Source: Thermoplasmata archaeon
Lineage (GTDB): Archaea > Thermoplasmatota > Thermoplasmata > SG8-5
Direction of reading: 5' to 3'
DNA: 37,625 bases
Assembly: GCA_028703755.1 (NCBI GenBank)
Contig: JAQVMG010000002.1
Span: forward strand, 1 to 37,625
The position numbers and the translations under genes are program-made. Every line of letters begins with the position of its first letter. Position 1 is the first letter of the stretch. This document shows positions 1-9,067 of this stretch, piece after piece. The notes beneath the pieces were generated by a model. It was given only the letters and a program-made list of their open reading frames with translations. It had not been told where the DNA came from and did not search any database.

Positions 1-96
1 GGCTTCGAAGAGCACGAATATTATGCTGGTAACAATTATTAACGTGACCAAGGACTGAATCAGGCGTCCTGCTATGTAACGGCCCATCTTCGCCAT
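1..96 (-). CDS. ABC transporter permease (DppB/OppB-like), first 32 codons only; the gene runs off the left edge
   Basis: The minus-strand ATG at 96-94 reads MAKMGRYIAGRLIQSLVTLIIVTSIIFVLFEA. This is the typical N-terminus and first TM helix of peptide/nickel ABC permeases. It lies directly downstream of the family-5 binding-protein gene and is too short for the ORF track. Confidence 0.55.
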   Translation of the reverse strand, partial: MAKMGRYIAGRLIQSLVTLIIVTSIIFVLFEA

Positions 97-176
97 ATGC
101 TAAAGGATAAATTCATGATACTATATTAGTATATTCCAATATTATATACAAAGAAATAGAATATCTTACAAAATAA

Positions 177-220
177 GAAAAATGAAAATAATGAAAAGGG
201 GGGAGCCGGTTGGCTCCCCA
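177..220 (-). terminator. Terminator-like hairpin plus U-tract (distal copy of an identical 44-nt module)
   Basis: The minus strand reads UGGGGAGCC-AACC-GGCUCCCC followed by CCUUUUCAUUAUUUUCAUUUUUC. The stem is 8 bp (200-207 / 212-219). The 44 nt are identical to 394-437. Confidence 0.6.
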
Positions 221-393
221 TGAGTATTTTTCTTTAGAATTTTCTCCGCTGGATTAGGCTGTAAAGAAAAAGATTCAGTAAATACACTGCCGAACCCTTC
301 GGATCTCGGCGTGCCCTCAGCTGCTGCCTCGGGAGAAACCGCCTAATCCTGCTCGAAAATTCAAATGATGTTGTATAGGACGCGCTACTCAAT

Positions 394-437
394 GAAAAAT
401 GAAAATAATGAAAAGGGGGGAGCCGGTTGGCTCCCCA
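394..437 (-). terminator. Terminator-like hairpin plus U-tract immediately after the 1,941-aa gene (proximal copy)
   Basis: The 8-bp GC stem (417-424 / 429-436) has a 4-nt loop and is followed on the minus strand by a U-rich run. It starts 11 nt after the TAA stop at 450-448. Confidence 0.65.
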
Positions 438-447
438 TTGTTCCTGT

Positions 448-3400
448 TTATTCCTCTTTCGGAGTTTCCTCAGCGGGTGTTTCCACCGGGGTCTCTTCCT
501 GGGGTGCTTCCTCGACCGGCTCTTCCGGTTTCGGGGCTGCGGATTCGGCTGCCTTGCCTGCCATCATCTTGGCGACGATCATGCCGACAAGCAGTCCGAC
601 AACCAGCATCGCGATTGCCGCGACTGCGACTATCGCTATGCCGTATCCCTCGGATGCCGCCTCTTGCTCGGCTGGAGCAAGCGGGTCGTCATCGTCTGCG
701 TCGAGGATTCCGTCGTTGTCGTCGTCAGGGTCGGCGTTGTTGCCGATGCCGTCGCCGTCAGTGTCGAGTGTCTCTGCCGCGTTGGTCGGGAATGCATCCG
801 AGTTGTCGCCGACGCCGTCGCCGTCAGAGTCCACAGTCTCCGTGGAATCGTTCGGGAATGCATCGTCGATGTCGAGGACACCGTCGCCGTCAGAGTCGGG
901 GTCGAACGGGTCGGTTCCGGCTGCGATTTCCTCAATGTCTGAGAGACCGTCGTTGTCGTCATCCGTGTCGACCACATCGGCAATTCCGTCGCCGTCGTTG
1001 TCGGTTGCGGCCTTCACTGTCCAGTTGGCCAATGAACGCCTTCCGTCCTGAGCGACTGAGACTGTGTGGTTGTCAGTGTCGAGGAGAATCGGCTGGAATA
1101 CGACGTTCTTCGTCTCCATTCCGCCAAGTTCCACGTACTGCTGGTTGACAACTTCGCCGTCGAGTATCAGGTTGAACAGCGCAAAGCCGTCGTAGGACCA
1201 GTTGTTCTTGGCGTCAAAGCTGACGTTGAACGGCTGGTTTATGACCGGCACTGCGGCTTCAAGGTTCCAGTACTCGACCGACAGGAAGAGGTCCGGGCTG
1301 ACGAGTGTGACGTAGCCCCTCTCGTGGGTTGTCGCGTTGTCAGTCGAAACTTCGACCTGAATCTCGTAGGCTCCCGCGGTGTACGGGTAGATCGTGGGCA
1401 GGACAAGCGTTGCCACACCCAGAGCGTTCGTTGTGCCGGTAACTCCCTCGGACGTTACAGTGGCGCCGCTGACGATTCTGTCGTACTCGTCAGTTACTTC
1501 CACCGTAATTGTGATGGGTTCTCCCATCACAACGACCGGTTCCGTCGCTTCCACGTTCGCTACCAGGGTCTTGGCGTTCGTGCCGTCTGCCAGGTAGGCT
1601 ATGTAGAAGTTGAACGGGAATTTGGCGTAGCCATCGTCCATGACCGATGTTGTGAATCCGATACCGGCATTGAAGGAGGTTATGCCTTCTAACCAGTATG
1701 GGGTCCATGATGAGTCATCCGGATTATCGGGGTTTTTAGCAAGCCAGGTGTTGTTTATCACGTCATTGTAGTTTCTGGTATAGACTCCGGCAGAGTTGGT
1801 TGTTCCTTCATTGATTGGGCCAAGAGGGGATGCTGTTCCTTTTGAAAGGGTAACATCCGTCGTTCCAAGATTTCCTGCCAAGTTTTGGTAGTTTATTGTA
1901 AAGGCTCCAACTGGGTCTTCTTTGGAGAGATATGGTGTGTCCATCTGGAACTTCGTCATGGTCGCGATTGGCGCTCTCAACAGAATGGCCTGGTCACTCA
2001 GGGTGAATGTTGCCTTCTCCCAGTAATAGACGTCAGCGTTGTCAGTCATCGGCGGTGCCCAGTCGGGGTAGTATTCCATCCAGAAGTTGTTGGCCGATGT
2101 ATTGAACATCTCTGCGACTCCGTAGCCTCCCACTCCGAACTGGAGCGGGATTTCAACATCTGCAAGGAAGGATGCGGTGTCTATGGTTGCTGTGAGCTGT
2201 CCGGCGCCGTCGGTGACAGACCTGTCTCCGATCCAGCTGCCAAGGTATCCGGCCCACCAGCCCAAGTCCCAGTCAGTTCCGTATTCTTCCCAATACCAGG
2301 AATCTCCTCCCTGGAACACGCCGGGTATGCCTTCGGATGTGGGCGGGATGAAGAACATGCAAGGCACTCCTGCCGCTGTGGTTCCGTCCTCCTCGTACAC
2401 GGTTGCCGTGATGTCCATGGTGGAGTCGTGGTCAGCGATTCCGGTGAAGTCGATGTCTGCGGCATATCCCTTCTGGTAATATGCGTTGTATATCTCGACA
2501 GCACCCGATATTCCGCTGTAGCCGCTCACATTGAACATCACCATGAGCGAGCGAGCATCCATCGAGGTGGTGGTCACCGTGAAGGTTGCCTCACCGTTCG
2601 CATCGGTTGTCTGGAACCAATCGCCGTTGATGCCGTCCCACTCGAGCGGGTCGTATCCCCAGTTGAACACATCCTCGCCTACTATGGGTGTCCAGGTTGC
2701 CGGGTCCATCAGAACCACATCAATGTCGACTGTGGCTGGTGTTGCTGTATATGGGTCGATGTCCATGAAGTTTGACGATACGGCTGTCACGTTGAGTTGT
2801 GCTGCAACGGGTATGAAGGGTTCAGAGTAGTAGTAGTGTGCGTAAAGGTCATCGCCTATCTGCAATCCGAACGTGCTTGAAACAAGCGTTATGTTGCCAG
2901 TCTCGTAGTTCAGGTTGTAGTCGATGCCCTCGACCAGTTCGATCCATCCGCCGGCCTGCGGTTCGAGGTAGAGTGAGCAGTTGTATACATCGTCCTCAGC
3001 CAGGAACCAGGGTCCGTTCTCTCCGCCTGCGGCGTTAACAACCACGGTCTCATTTGCAACCTCGGTTATTGTTACCATATTCACTGGCAGAACAAATCCC
3101 TGGGATACGCCTATGCTGTCCTCCACATAGAATGCCATGGGCAGATTGAGCGGGTCAGTTCCTACTGCGGTGATGTTGAAGACCGCCTCTCCCGATGCGT
3201 CTGTTGTGTTCTCGGTCCACTCGGGTTCCACTATGCCGTCATCATCCCAAGCTGTCATCATCACGTTCATGTCGGGGACAGGGGTCCATGTGTTATCGTA
3301 CAACGTGGCAGTGACAACCGCAGAGTCGCCCACAACATGTGTCATCGGGTCCGCATCGATTGTTGTTTCGGACACAGTGACGTTCATGTGGTATGTTGTC

Positions 3401-6273
3401 GCGGAAGGTGTCAGGTAGTTCCTGATGTATATCGCGACGCTATCCTTTATCGAGTAGGCCTTCGAGGTGTTGAATGTGGCTATGACTGTTCCCGCGCCGG
3501 TGTATGCTCCGTCAACAGTGAGGTTGAAAGTCACAACACCGTTGGCGTTTGTGTTCTTCACGGCCGCCTCGGCATCAATGACTGTTCCGTCCTCGGACAG
3601 TTCGATGGATACCGGGAAATCCGGTATTACCGCTCCGGTCTGGTCAGTCAGGTTCAGCGTTATCATGGTCGTCGTCGGGAACGGTGTCGCTCCGTTGACG
3701 TCCAGGACGTACTGCGTGACATCGGTGATATCGAGGTCATGCCAGTCGTAAAGGCTGCTCGATAATCCGATGATGAGGGACGCGCTCTGAATTTCCGGCA
3801 CAATCGTGTTGGGCACGGAAATGTTGGCCTTGAACTGCTCGAATCTGTGCTGGTTCGGGAGCATTCCGTCCGGAGGTGCGTGGTAGGTGAAGTTGGCCAT
3901 ACCTGCTGCATTCGTGGCGGTTGCATTGCTGCTTGACCAGCCGAACATCAGGTTGTTGTCCACATTCACTATGACGCCTCCGATTGGGTCGCCGTTCTCA
4001 TCGGTTACCTCTGCGGTGATTGTTGTTTCGCCGCTCGGCGGGATCACTCCGTCAGCTGTGTAAAGGCTCAGCTGGGCGAGGTGGTTCGTGAATTCGATGC
4101 CGATGACCTTCCTGACGATTGACCATGAGCCGTCCTTGGAGGTGTTTGTCTCAACCCAGACATCATCGATTCTCAGGTAGGGCATTGTAAGGTCGAAGTT
4201 GGCAACACCGTTCATGTCAGTAGTCGTGTTGACGAACTGGCCGAAGCTGGTAGTCACCTGAACTGTGGCACCTTCGCTTGGCTTCACTGTTCTGAAACCG
4301 CCGTCTTCATAGACATCCGATGCAAGCACGTTGCCGGATATTGTCTGTCCGGCACCTGCCATCGACGGTACGCTCATCTTGCTCTCGACTTCGAAATTGC
4401 CGGTGAACTGGAAGTAGTCGGGCGTTCCGGTTGAAATACCGGTGGAACCGCCTGTGCTGCCTCCCTCCTCTTCACCGCCCTCATCGCCGCCTTCTCCGGG
4501 CGGTGCGAGGTTGAATACCGAGAAGCCGTTATAGATTGTTCCGAAAGCCGGGACCCAGCCCTGCCAGACATCTTTTCGATATGCCTCGATGTTTGTCCTG
4601 TAGTAAAGTGTGTTGTAAGCAACATCCATCATTGTGGCGCCGCAGATATCCTTGATGATCTTTGCCCTTACTTCAGTGTCCATCGTGATGTCCATTTCCT
4701 CAATCATAGCGTCGACAGATGAGTTACTGTAACCGCCGGAGTTTGAACCGGCCGGGTTAACAGCGACATCGTAGTCGCTATGGAAGAAGTCTGCCATGTA
4801 TGATTCCGGGAACGAGCCGACTGTCCATCCCAGGATGAACATGTCGAAGTCTAAGGAGACGAAACCGGCGCTCACGATCGTGTCGAAGCTTGTCGGTACT
4901 GAAGCGATGTTCAGGCCGATTGACTTCAGGTTCTTCTCAATCATGATTCCGCTGTCTGCCCTGATGGGGTCGTAGTCCTTCGGTGGTGTCAGGATATTGT
5001 ATTTCAGTGGCGAGCCGTCGGGTTGGTCCCTCCAGCCGTCTCCGTCCTGGTCGGTGTAGCCGCTTGCGTCAAGAAGCGCCTTGGCTGCCTCCAGGTCACC
5101 GCCTGCTATCCAATCCGGTACGGTTGTGTTGACGTAATAGGTGTTAGTGACGGACATCGGGACGCTTCCCTGGATACCGTAACCGCCCATTAGCCTGTCA
5201 ACGATGTACTGCTTGTCGACGCAGTATGCGACTGCCCTTCTGAAGTTGACATCGGCCATGGCCCCCTTCCTCATGTTGTATGTCATGAAGAAGAATCCCT
5301 GGTCCTTGTTTGTCTCGATTCCGATATTGGGGTCTGTCTTTAACAGGTTGTAGTAACCCGGTGTCAGGCTCCATGGCAGGTGGTGCACGTCACCGTTCTG
5401 CAGTGCGAGAATCGCAACATCCAGCTGTGTGTATATCTTGAATTTGATTTTGGTAATAGTCTCTGGGTAGTTGGGGTAGTCAACGCCTTTCCATGTTGTG
5501 ACGCCGTCCTTGTCCCAGTAGTTCTCGTATGCAACTATGACTGAACCCTGCTCCTTGGTCCAGCTCTCCAGCATCATCGGTCCGGTTCCGTATGTAGCAT
5601 CGATTTCACTGGCATCTGAGCCGTAGCTGTAGTCCCAAGTCTTCTCGCCGCCGGCCTGGTCAAGTGTATGGTCTGCCCATATGTGGTGGGGCATGATCGG
5701 CACTGCCATGGTAAGGTACCAGAACATTGCGTATGGCTGGTTGAGGTGGAAGTCCACCCTTGTGTTCGGTGCGGTCGAGTTGAGCTCAACGCCGATATGG
5801 GTCGTTCCGCCGTCGTATCTGTCCCAAATTGCGGTGTCCCACTCAAGCGGTGTCAGGACCTGCGTCTGGAACAGTCCCCATGCCAGTGTCTGGTATGAGA
5901 ACACAACGTCAGTGGCGTTCATCGGCGTCCCGTCGTGGAATGTTACGCCAGTCCTTATGTTCACTGAAACTTGCATTCCGTCTGCGCTGATCCATGCATC
6001 CGCTCCGTTCGGACCAGTTGCGCTTGGTGCAGCCAGAACGGGGTACAGTTCGTAATCAGGGTTGTAGGCCATAAGGGTCTCAAAGTTCCAACCTATCTGA
6101 AAAGTTTTCCATACATCGTTCGTGTCAGGATCCCAGGGATTCATGCTTACCATGTCCTGCTGGAGAGCGATGACCAATGTGTCATCGGCTTCCTGAGCTG
6201 TGGCGAACCAAGGTATACTGGACACTATCATCATTCCGATTATTAGTGTACTTAAAACCTTTGTCGTTTTCAT
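448..6273 (-). CDS. Giant surface-anchored ABC substrate-binding protein. It combines a family-5 (peptide/nickel, OppA/DppA-like) SBP domain, Ig-like repeats, a CARDB-like domain, TSP3-like Ca-binding repeats, a TM anchor and a P/E-rich tail
   Basis: The 1,941-aa ORF has a GGAGAGG SD before the ATG. It starts with a signal peptide (MKTTKVLSTLIIGMMIVSSIPWFATAQ). Residues ~30-590 read like SBP_bac_5 (TLVIALQQDMVSMNPWD..., GVTFHDGTPMNATDVVFSY...). A G/E/S/T linker follows, then repeated beta-sandwich modules ending in ...TTDxNGxAxFxxT. A DxDxDGxxD repeat block, one TM helix and a PE-rich C-terminus complete the protein. A permease gene lies downstream. Confidence 0.85.
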   Translation of the reverse strand: MKTTKVLSTLIIGMMIVSSIPWFATAQEADDTLVIALQQDMVSMNPWDPDTNDVWKTFQIGWNFETLMAYNPDYELYPVLAAPSATGPNGADAWISADGMQVSVNIRTGVTFHDGTPMNATDVVFSYQTLAWGLFQTQVLTPLEWDTAIWDRYDGGTTHIGVELNSTAPNTRVDFHLNQPYAMFWYLTMAVPIMPHHIWADHTLDQAGGEKTWDYSYGSDASEIDATYGTGPMMLESWTKEQGSVIVAYENYWDKDGVTTWKGVDYPNYPETITKIKFKIYTQLDVAILALQNGDVHHLPWSLTPGYYNLLKTDPNIGIETNKDQGFFFMTYNMRKGAMADVNFRRAVAYCVDKQYIVDRLMGGYGIQGSVPMSVTNTYYVNTTVPDWIAGGDLEAAKALLDASGYTDQDGDGWRDQPDGSPLKYNILTPPKDYDPIRADSGIMIEKNLKSIGLNIASVPTSFDTIVSAGFVSLDFDMFILGWTVGSFPESYMADFFHSDYDVAVNPAGSNSGGYSNSSVDAMIEEMDITMDTEVRAKIIKDICGATMMDVAYNTLYYRTNIEAYRKDVWQGWVPAFGTIYNGFSVFNLAPPGEGGDEGGEEEGGSTGGSTGISTGTPDYFQFTGNFEVESKMSVPSMAGAGQTISGNVLASDVYEDGGFRTVKPSEGATVQVTTSFGQFVNTTTDMNGVANFDLTMPYLRIDDVWVETNTSKDGSWSIVRKVIGIEFTNHLAQLSLYTADGVIPPSGETTITAEVTDENGDPIGGVIVNVDNNLMFGWSSSNATATNAAGMANFTYHAPPDGMLPNQHRFEQFKANISVPNTIVPEIQSASLIIGLSSSLYDWHDLDITDVTQYVLDVNGATPFPTTTMITLNLTDQTGAVIPDFPVSIELSEDGTVIDAEAAVKNTNANGVVTFNLTVDGAYTGAGTVIATFNTSKAYSIKDSVAIYIRNYLTPSATTYHMNVTVSETTIDADPMTHVVGDSAVVTATLYDNTWTPVPDMNVMMTAWDDDGIVEPEWTENTTDASGEAVFNITAVGTDPLNLPMAFYVEDSIGVSQGFVLPVNMVTITEVANETVVVNAAGGENGPWFLAEDDVYNCSLYLEPQAGGWIELVEGIDYNLNYETGNITLVSSTFGLQIGDDLYAHYYYSEPFIPVAAQLNVTAVSSNFMDIDPYTATPATVDIDVVLMDPATWTPIVGEDVFNWGYDPLEWDGINGDWFQTTDANGEATFTVTTTSMDARSLMVMFNVSGYSGISGAVEIYNAYYQKGYAADIDFTGIADHDSTMDITATVYEEDGTTAAGVPCMFFIPPTSEGIPGVFQGGDSWYWEEYGTDWDLGWWAGYLGSWIGDRSVTDGAGQLTATIDTASFLADVEIPLQFGVGGYGVAEMFNTSANNFWMEYYPDWAPPMTDNADVYYWEKATFTLSDQAILLRAPIATMTKFQMDTPYLSKEDPVGAFTINYQNLAGNLGTTDVTLSKGTASPLGPINEGTTNSAGVYTRNYNDVINNTWLAKNPDNPDDSSWTPYWLEGITSFNAGIGFTTSVMDDGYAKFPFNFYIAYLADGTNAKTLVANVEATEPVVVMGEPITITVEVTDEYDRIVSGATVTSEGVTGTTNALGVATLVLPTIYPYTAGAYEIQVEVSTDNATTHERGYVTLVSPDLFLSVEYWNLEAAVPVINQPFNVSFDAKNNWSYDGFALFNLILDGEVVNQQYVELGGMETKNVVFQPILLDTDNHTVSVAQDGRRSLANWTVKAATDNDGDGIADVVDTDDDNDGLSDIEEIAAGTDPFDPDSDGDGVLDIDDAFPNDSTETVDSDGDGVGDNSDAFPTNAAETLDTDGDGIGNNADPDDDNDGILDADDDDPLAPAEQEAASEGYGIAIVAVAAIAMLVVGLLVGMIVAKMMAGKAAESAAPKPEEPVEEAPQEETPVETPAEETPKEE
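682..1008 (-). repeat. Thrombospondin type-3-like calcium-binding repeat block (about 6 x DxDxDGxxDxxD) inside the giant CDS
   Basis: The protein segment runs ATDNDGDGIADVVDTDDDNDGLSD...DSDGDGVLD...DSDGDGVGD...DTDGDGIGN...DDDNDGILDADDDD. The GAC/GTC-rich DNA here generates the spurious + strand ORFs at 365-1148. Confidence 0.8.
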
Positions 6274-6547
6274 ATCTTTCCTCTCCTTTCTTTTTATCCT
6301 CCCCTCTCTGGGAGGGCACTCAAATTTCGTTCACTCAGTTTTGGTTAGTTTCCACAAATAATTATCATCATATAAATAACTACCTATTTCTTTATTATAT
6401 TCTTATTGATATGTTGTTGTTTTGGGCTGAAAAGATGATGTATGGTTGGCGTGACTGTACATGCTTCCGTAAAAGGTATATATGTCTGTTCTATATCTGC
6501 CGATTGGTAAAAATATTTCCACAACCGTCGATAGGATTGGGATTTAT

Positions 6548-7300
6548 ATGTCTGGGAATGAAGAAAATCTACAGGCCCCCGGGGAACAGGGTGCCACGGA
6601 CTCAAGGATACCGACACACATAATCGGATTGGACGAGATACTTGAGGGAGGAGTGCCAAAGAATTATATCGTGCTGCTTTGCGGACACGCTGGAACCATG
6701 AAATCAACAGTCGGTTACAGCATAATCTACAACGGCTGCAAGAAGAACGGACTGAGGTCAATCTACCTTACGCTCGAACAGAGCAAGCAGAGCATCCTTG
6801 ACCATGTCGAGAAATTGGGTCTTCCTTCGCGGGGCCTCGACGACCTCGTCATCGTGGATCTCGCCAGAGTCAGAAAAGATATCACAGTCGATAAAACAAA
6901 GCCTCAGAACGTTGACTGGCTGAAATCAATCATTGGCGTTCTGAAGAATTACAAGCAGAAGTTCGGATGCGAGGCGCTTGTGCTGGACTCTCTGGCTGCG
7001 GTCTATGCGCTCACAACTTTCAAGAACCCGCGCGGTGAACTGTTCCAATTCTTTGAACAGATCCGTGATCTGGGTGTGACCACCTTCCTGATATCGGAAA
7101 TGCCTACGGACCGCCAGGTTTACGGTCTTTATGGTATAGAGGATTTCCTGTCGGACGGCATCATTCATCTCAAGGTCGAGCAGACCGACAGAGGCGCCAA
7201 TCTGTACCTAGGTGTTGTAAAAATGCGTAAAACCCACCACACCAGGCAGTTTATGCCGCTGATATTCGAGAACGGTAAGTTCGAAGTCATAAGCCAGTAA
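6548..7300 (+). CDS. Single-domain KaiC/RecA-superfamily ATPase (RAD55/KaiC-like)
   Basis: I recognise IPTHIIGLDEILEGGVPKNYIVLLCGHAGTMKST (Walker A GxxGxxKS), LVLDSL (Walker B-like) and VVKMRKTHH. I chose the ATG at 6548 (M23 of the tracked ORF), which lies downstream of a TATA-like GGTATATATG at ~6474. Confidence 0.8.
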   Translation: MSGNEENLQAPGEQGATDSRIPTHIIGLDEILEGGVPKNYIVLLCGHAGTMKSTVGYSIIYNGCKKNGLRSIYLTLEQSKQSILDHVEKLGLPSRGLDDLVIVDLARVRKDITVDKTKPQNVDWLKSIIGVLKNYKQKFGCEALVLDSLAAVYALTTFKNPRGELFQFFEQIRDLGVTTFLISEMPTDRQVYGLYGIEDFLSDGIIHLKVEQTDRGANLYLGVVKMRKTHHTRQFMPLIFENGKFEVISQ

Positions 7301-7341
7301 TCTTTATTGTGCGTGATTCGACAGATACCGGAGGCAAAGGG

Positions 7342-8478
7342 ATGGCCAAAAAGAAAGGAGGCAAGAAGGGCAAGCATAATCGTGACCAGTCGGTCACCTC
7401 CCCGGAATCGGGTGAAGCTCAGTTTAAGAGCGAGCAAGCTACCCTTCCCGAGGAGACACCAGTTTCCCAGGAATCTTCAAAAGAGCCTGAACTCGCAACA
7501 GCGGTATCAGAAGTCATCGGTGATCAGGGCGGTAAGGATAAAAAGGCCACGAAAAAATTCAAAACCCAGCTTGCCAAATTCACTGCAGACGGCTACGATG
7601 TATCGCCCATCGAGGCGATGCTCGATTCCGCAAGCTCCTCTGAAATAAAAGATGCAATCCGCAATTTTGAGGAAGGCACCGAGAAGAATAAAGCGATCAT
7701 TAATGAGCTTGGCGCCCTCAATTTTACAGGGTTCGAGAGTGAAGTTGAGGAACTGAAAAAACTTATTGCGGAGCCTCTGAGCCACAAGACTGCGGCAGAG
7801 AAATTCGCTTCGCTGAAGTTTAAGCGCCGCTCCGCAGAAATTATTTCCGCGCTGGACAAGATGGTCCTTCCGGCAATGAAACCCAAGGCCGAGGCCTTAA
7901 AATCAAGGATTGCTGAATCTTCATCACTGGATGCTATTGAAATTGAATTCAGCGAACTGAAGAGGGAATACAAAGAGGCTTATGCCGAGGAAGGCGTGAA
8001 AGCCCAGGTCGTAATGGCTGAGCCGGAACAGGCCCCGACCGAATCACAGAGATCCCGCACACCCATGAAAGTCAAGGACATATTCCTGTTATACAAGGAC
8101 GGGCGGTTCATATCCCACCATACCAACCGCGTTGTCTCGAAGGAACAGCAGAAAGAGCTGTTTGGCGACCTCAAGACCGGAAGGAACTTCCTCCGGTCGC
8201 CGAAATATGTGGCCCAGAAGCTGAATGTAATTCCGGTTGAAAACCGCCACATACTCGTTCAGAGCGGCCGTTTCACTGTTGTAATAGTGATAACCGAAGG
8301 CTCCGTAGATCCCTGGAGCGAGAAGATTGTCACAAAGGTCATAACCCTTATGGAGAAAGAGGATGCCATCCAGCTCAAAGCATGGAACGGCGATGTGGCC
8401 AGCCTCAAGAGCAGCGGCAAATACATGCAGGCGCTCCTTTTCGCCTTCATGAAATTGGCCAACAAGGGCACTCAGTAA
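7342..8478 (+). CDS. Hypothetical protein with a K-rich disordered N-terminus, a long helical/coiled-coil middle and a ~135-aa alpha/beta C-terminal domain
   Basis: The ORF starts 9 nt (tracked GTG at 7309) or 42 nt (preferred ATG at 7342) after the KaiC-like gene. The ATG at 7342 has a GGAGG 7 nt upstream. I cannot name a family. The C-terminal segment VKDIFLLYKDGRFISHH...RFTVVIVITEG looks like a small mixed alpha/beta fold; a roadblock/longin-like fold is only a guess. Confidence 0.6.
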   Translation: MAKKKGGKKGKHNRDQSVTSPESGEAQFKSEQATLPEETPVSQESSKEPELATAVSEVIGDQGGKDKKATKKFKTQLAKFTADGYDVSPIEAMLDSASSSEIKDAIRNFEEGTEKNKAIINELGALNFTGFESEVEELKKLIAEPLSHKTAAEKFASLKFKRRSAEIISALDKMVLPAMKPKAEALKSRIAESSSLDAIEIEFSELKREYKEAYAEEGVKAQVVMAEPEQAPTESQRSRTPMKVKDIFLLYKDGRFISHHTNRVVSKEQQKELFGDLKTGRNFLRSPKYVAQKLNVIPVENRHILVQSGRFTVVIVITEGSVDPWSEKIVTKVITLMEKEDAIQLKAWNGDVASLKSSGKYMQALLFAFMKLANKGTQ

Positions 8479-8512
8479 CGTGATTTTTCTTTTCAAGAGT
8501 CAATCTGAATTG

Positions 8513-8520
8513 CATATAAA
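8513..8520 (+). promoter_or_regulatory. TATA box candidate (CATATAAA) for the 8571 gene
   Basis: This AT-rich box lies ~50 nt upstream of the ATG at 8571. A GGTGA SD sits at 8563-8567. Confidence 0.45.
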
Positions 8521-8570
8521 GCATAAGCATATTAGACAGAAATACAATATGCCCATATCAAAGGTGACAG

Positions 8571-9026
8571 ATGAAGGTCAGAAGCCTGAAACAAGTGCTG
8601 CATTGGCTATTTCTCGCGGTGGGTGCAATATCCGCAGTGGTGCTGGCATTTTCTGTTATTACTTATGTTGAATATGCCCGAGATGGGTATGGCCTGGAAG
8701 CGTCCGTAGAGGATGCATGGCTGAACGGGGACACACTGACTCTGAAACTCCTGGTGACCAATCCTGGGGGCATGGACCTTATACTGGGACCTCTTGGAAA
8801 CATAACCATGAACAGCGTCAGCACGACCTACATCCCGGACGGGCTTGTCCAGTCCGATGATACGACCGCTGTTCTGGTATCATTTGTACTGGAGCAGGCA
8901 GACATTGAGACCATTGACAGCACCGGCATTGCGAGTTTCTCCCTTGATCTGCAGGTGACTGTCAGTGAAAGGGATGCTGTAACCAACCTCCATCTTGACG
9001 TAATAGATCAGGAGGTGATTACATAG
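8571..9026 (+). CDS. Small membrane-anchored hypothetical protein (N-terminal TM helix plus a beta-rich ectodomain)
   Basis: The 151-aa ORF carries the TM helix LHWLFLAVGAISAVVLAFSVITYV and has an SD. No family was recognised with confidence. Confidence 0.6.
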   Translation: MKVRSLKQVLHWLFLAVGAISAVVLAFSVITYVEYARDGYGLEASVEDAWLNGDTLTLKLLVTNPGGMDLILGPLGNITMNSVSTTYIPDGLVQSDDTTAVLVSFVLEQADIETIDSTGIASFSLDLQVTVSERDAVTNLHLDVIDQEVIT

Positions 9027-9067
9027 GAGACAAGCACCAAAGCGGCAATGCGGATTCAATTACCGGT

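Noticed and set aside
365-1148. Long + strand ORFs (365..1051, 399..1148, 427..942) and the nested minus ORF 636..983
   Set aside because: They lie antisense to, or out of frame with, the TSP3/acidic repeat region of the 1,941-aa gene. Their products are low-complexity S/G/R/C strings generated by the GAC/GTC-rich repeat DNA, and the sense frame has clear domain content.
8534-8544. An 11-mer TAGACAGAAAT shared just downstream of the TATA boxes of the 8571 gene and of tbp2 (29390-29400)
   Set aside because: By my estimate an exact 11-mer match between two sites in 37.6 kb is expected many times by chance (about 7e8 pairs against 4e6 possible 11-mers). Similar placement alone is not enough.
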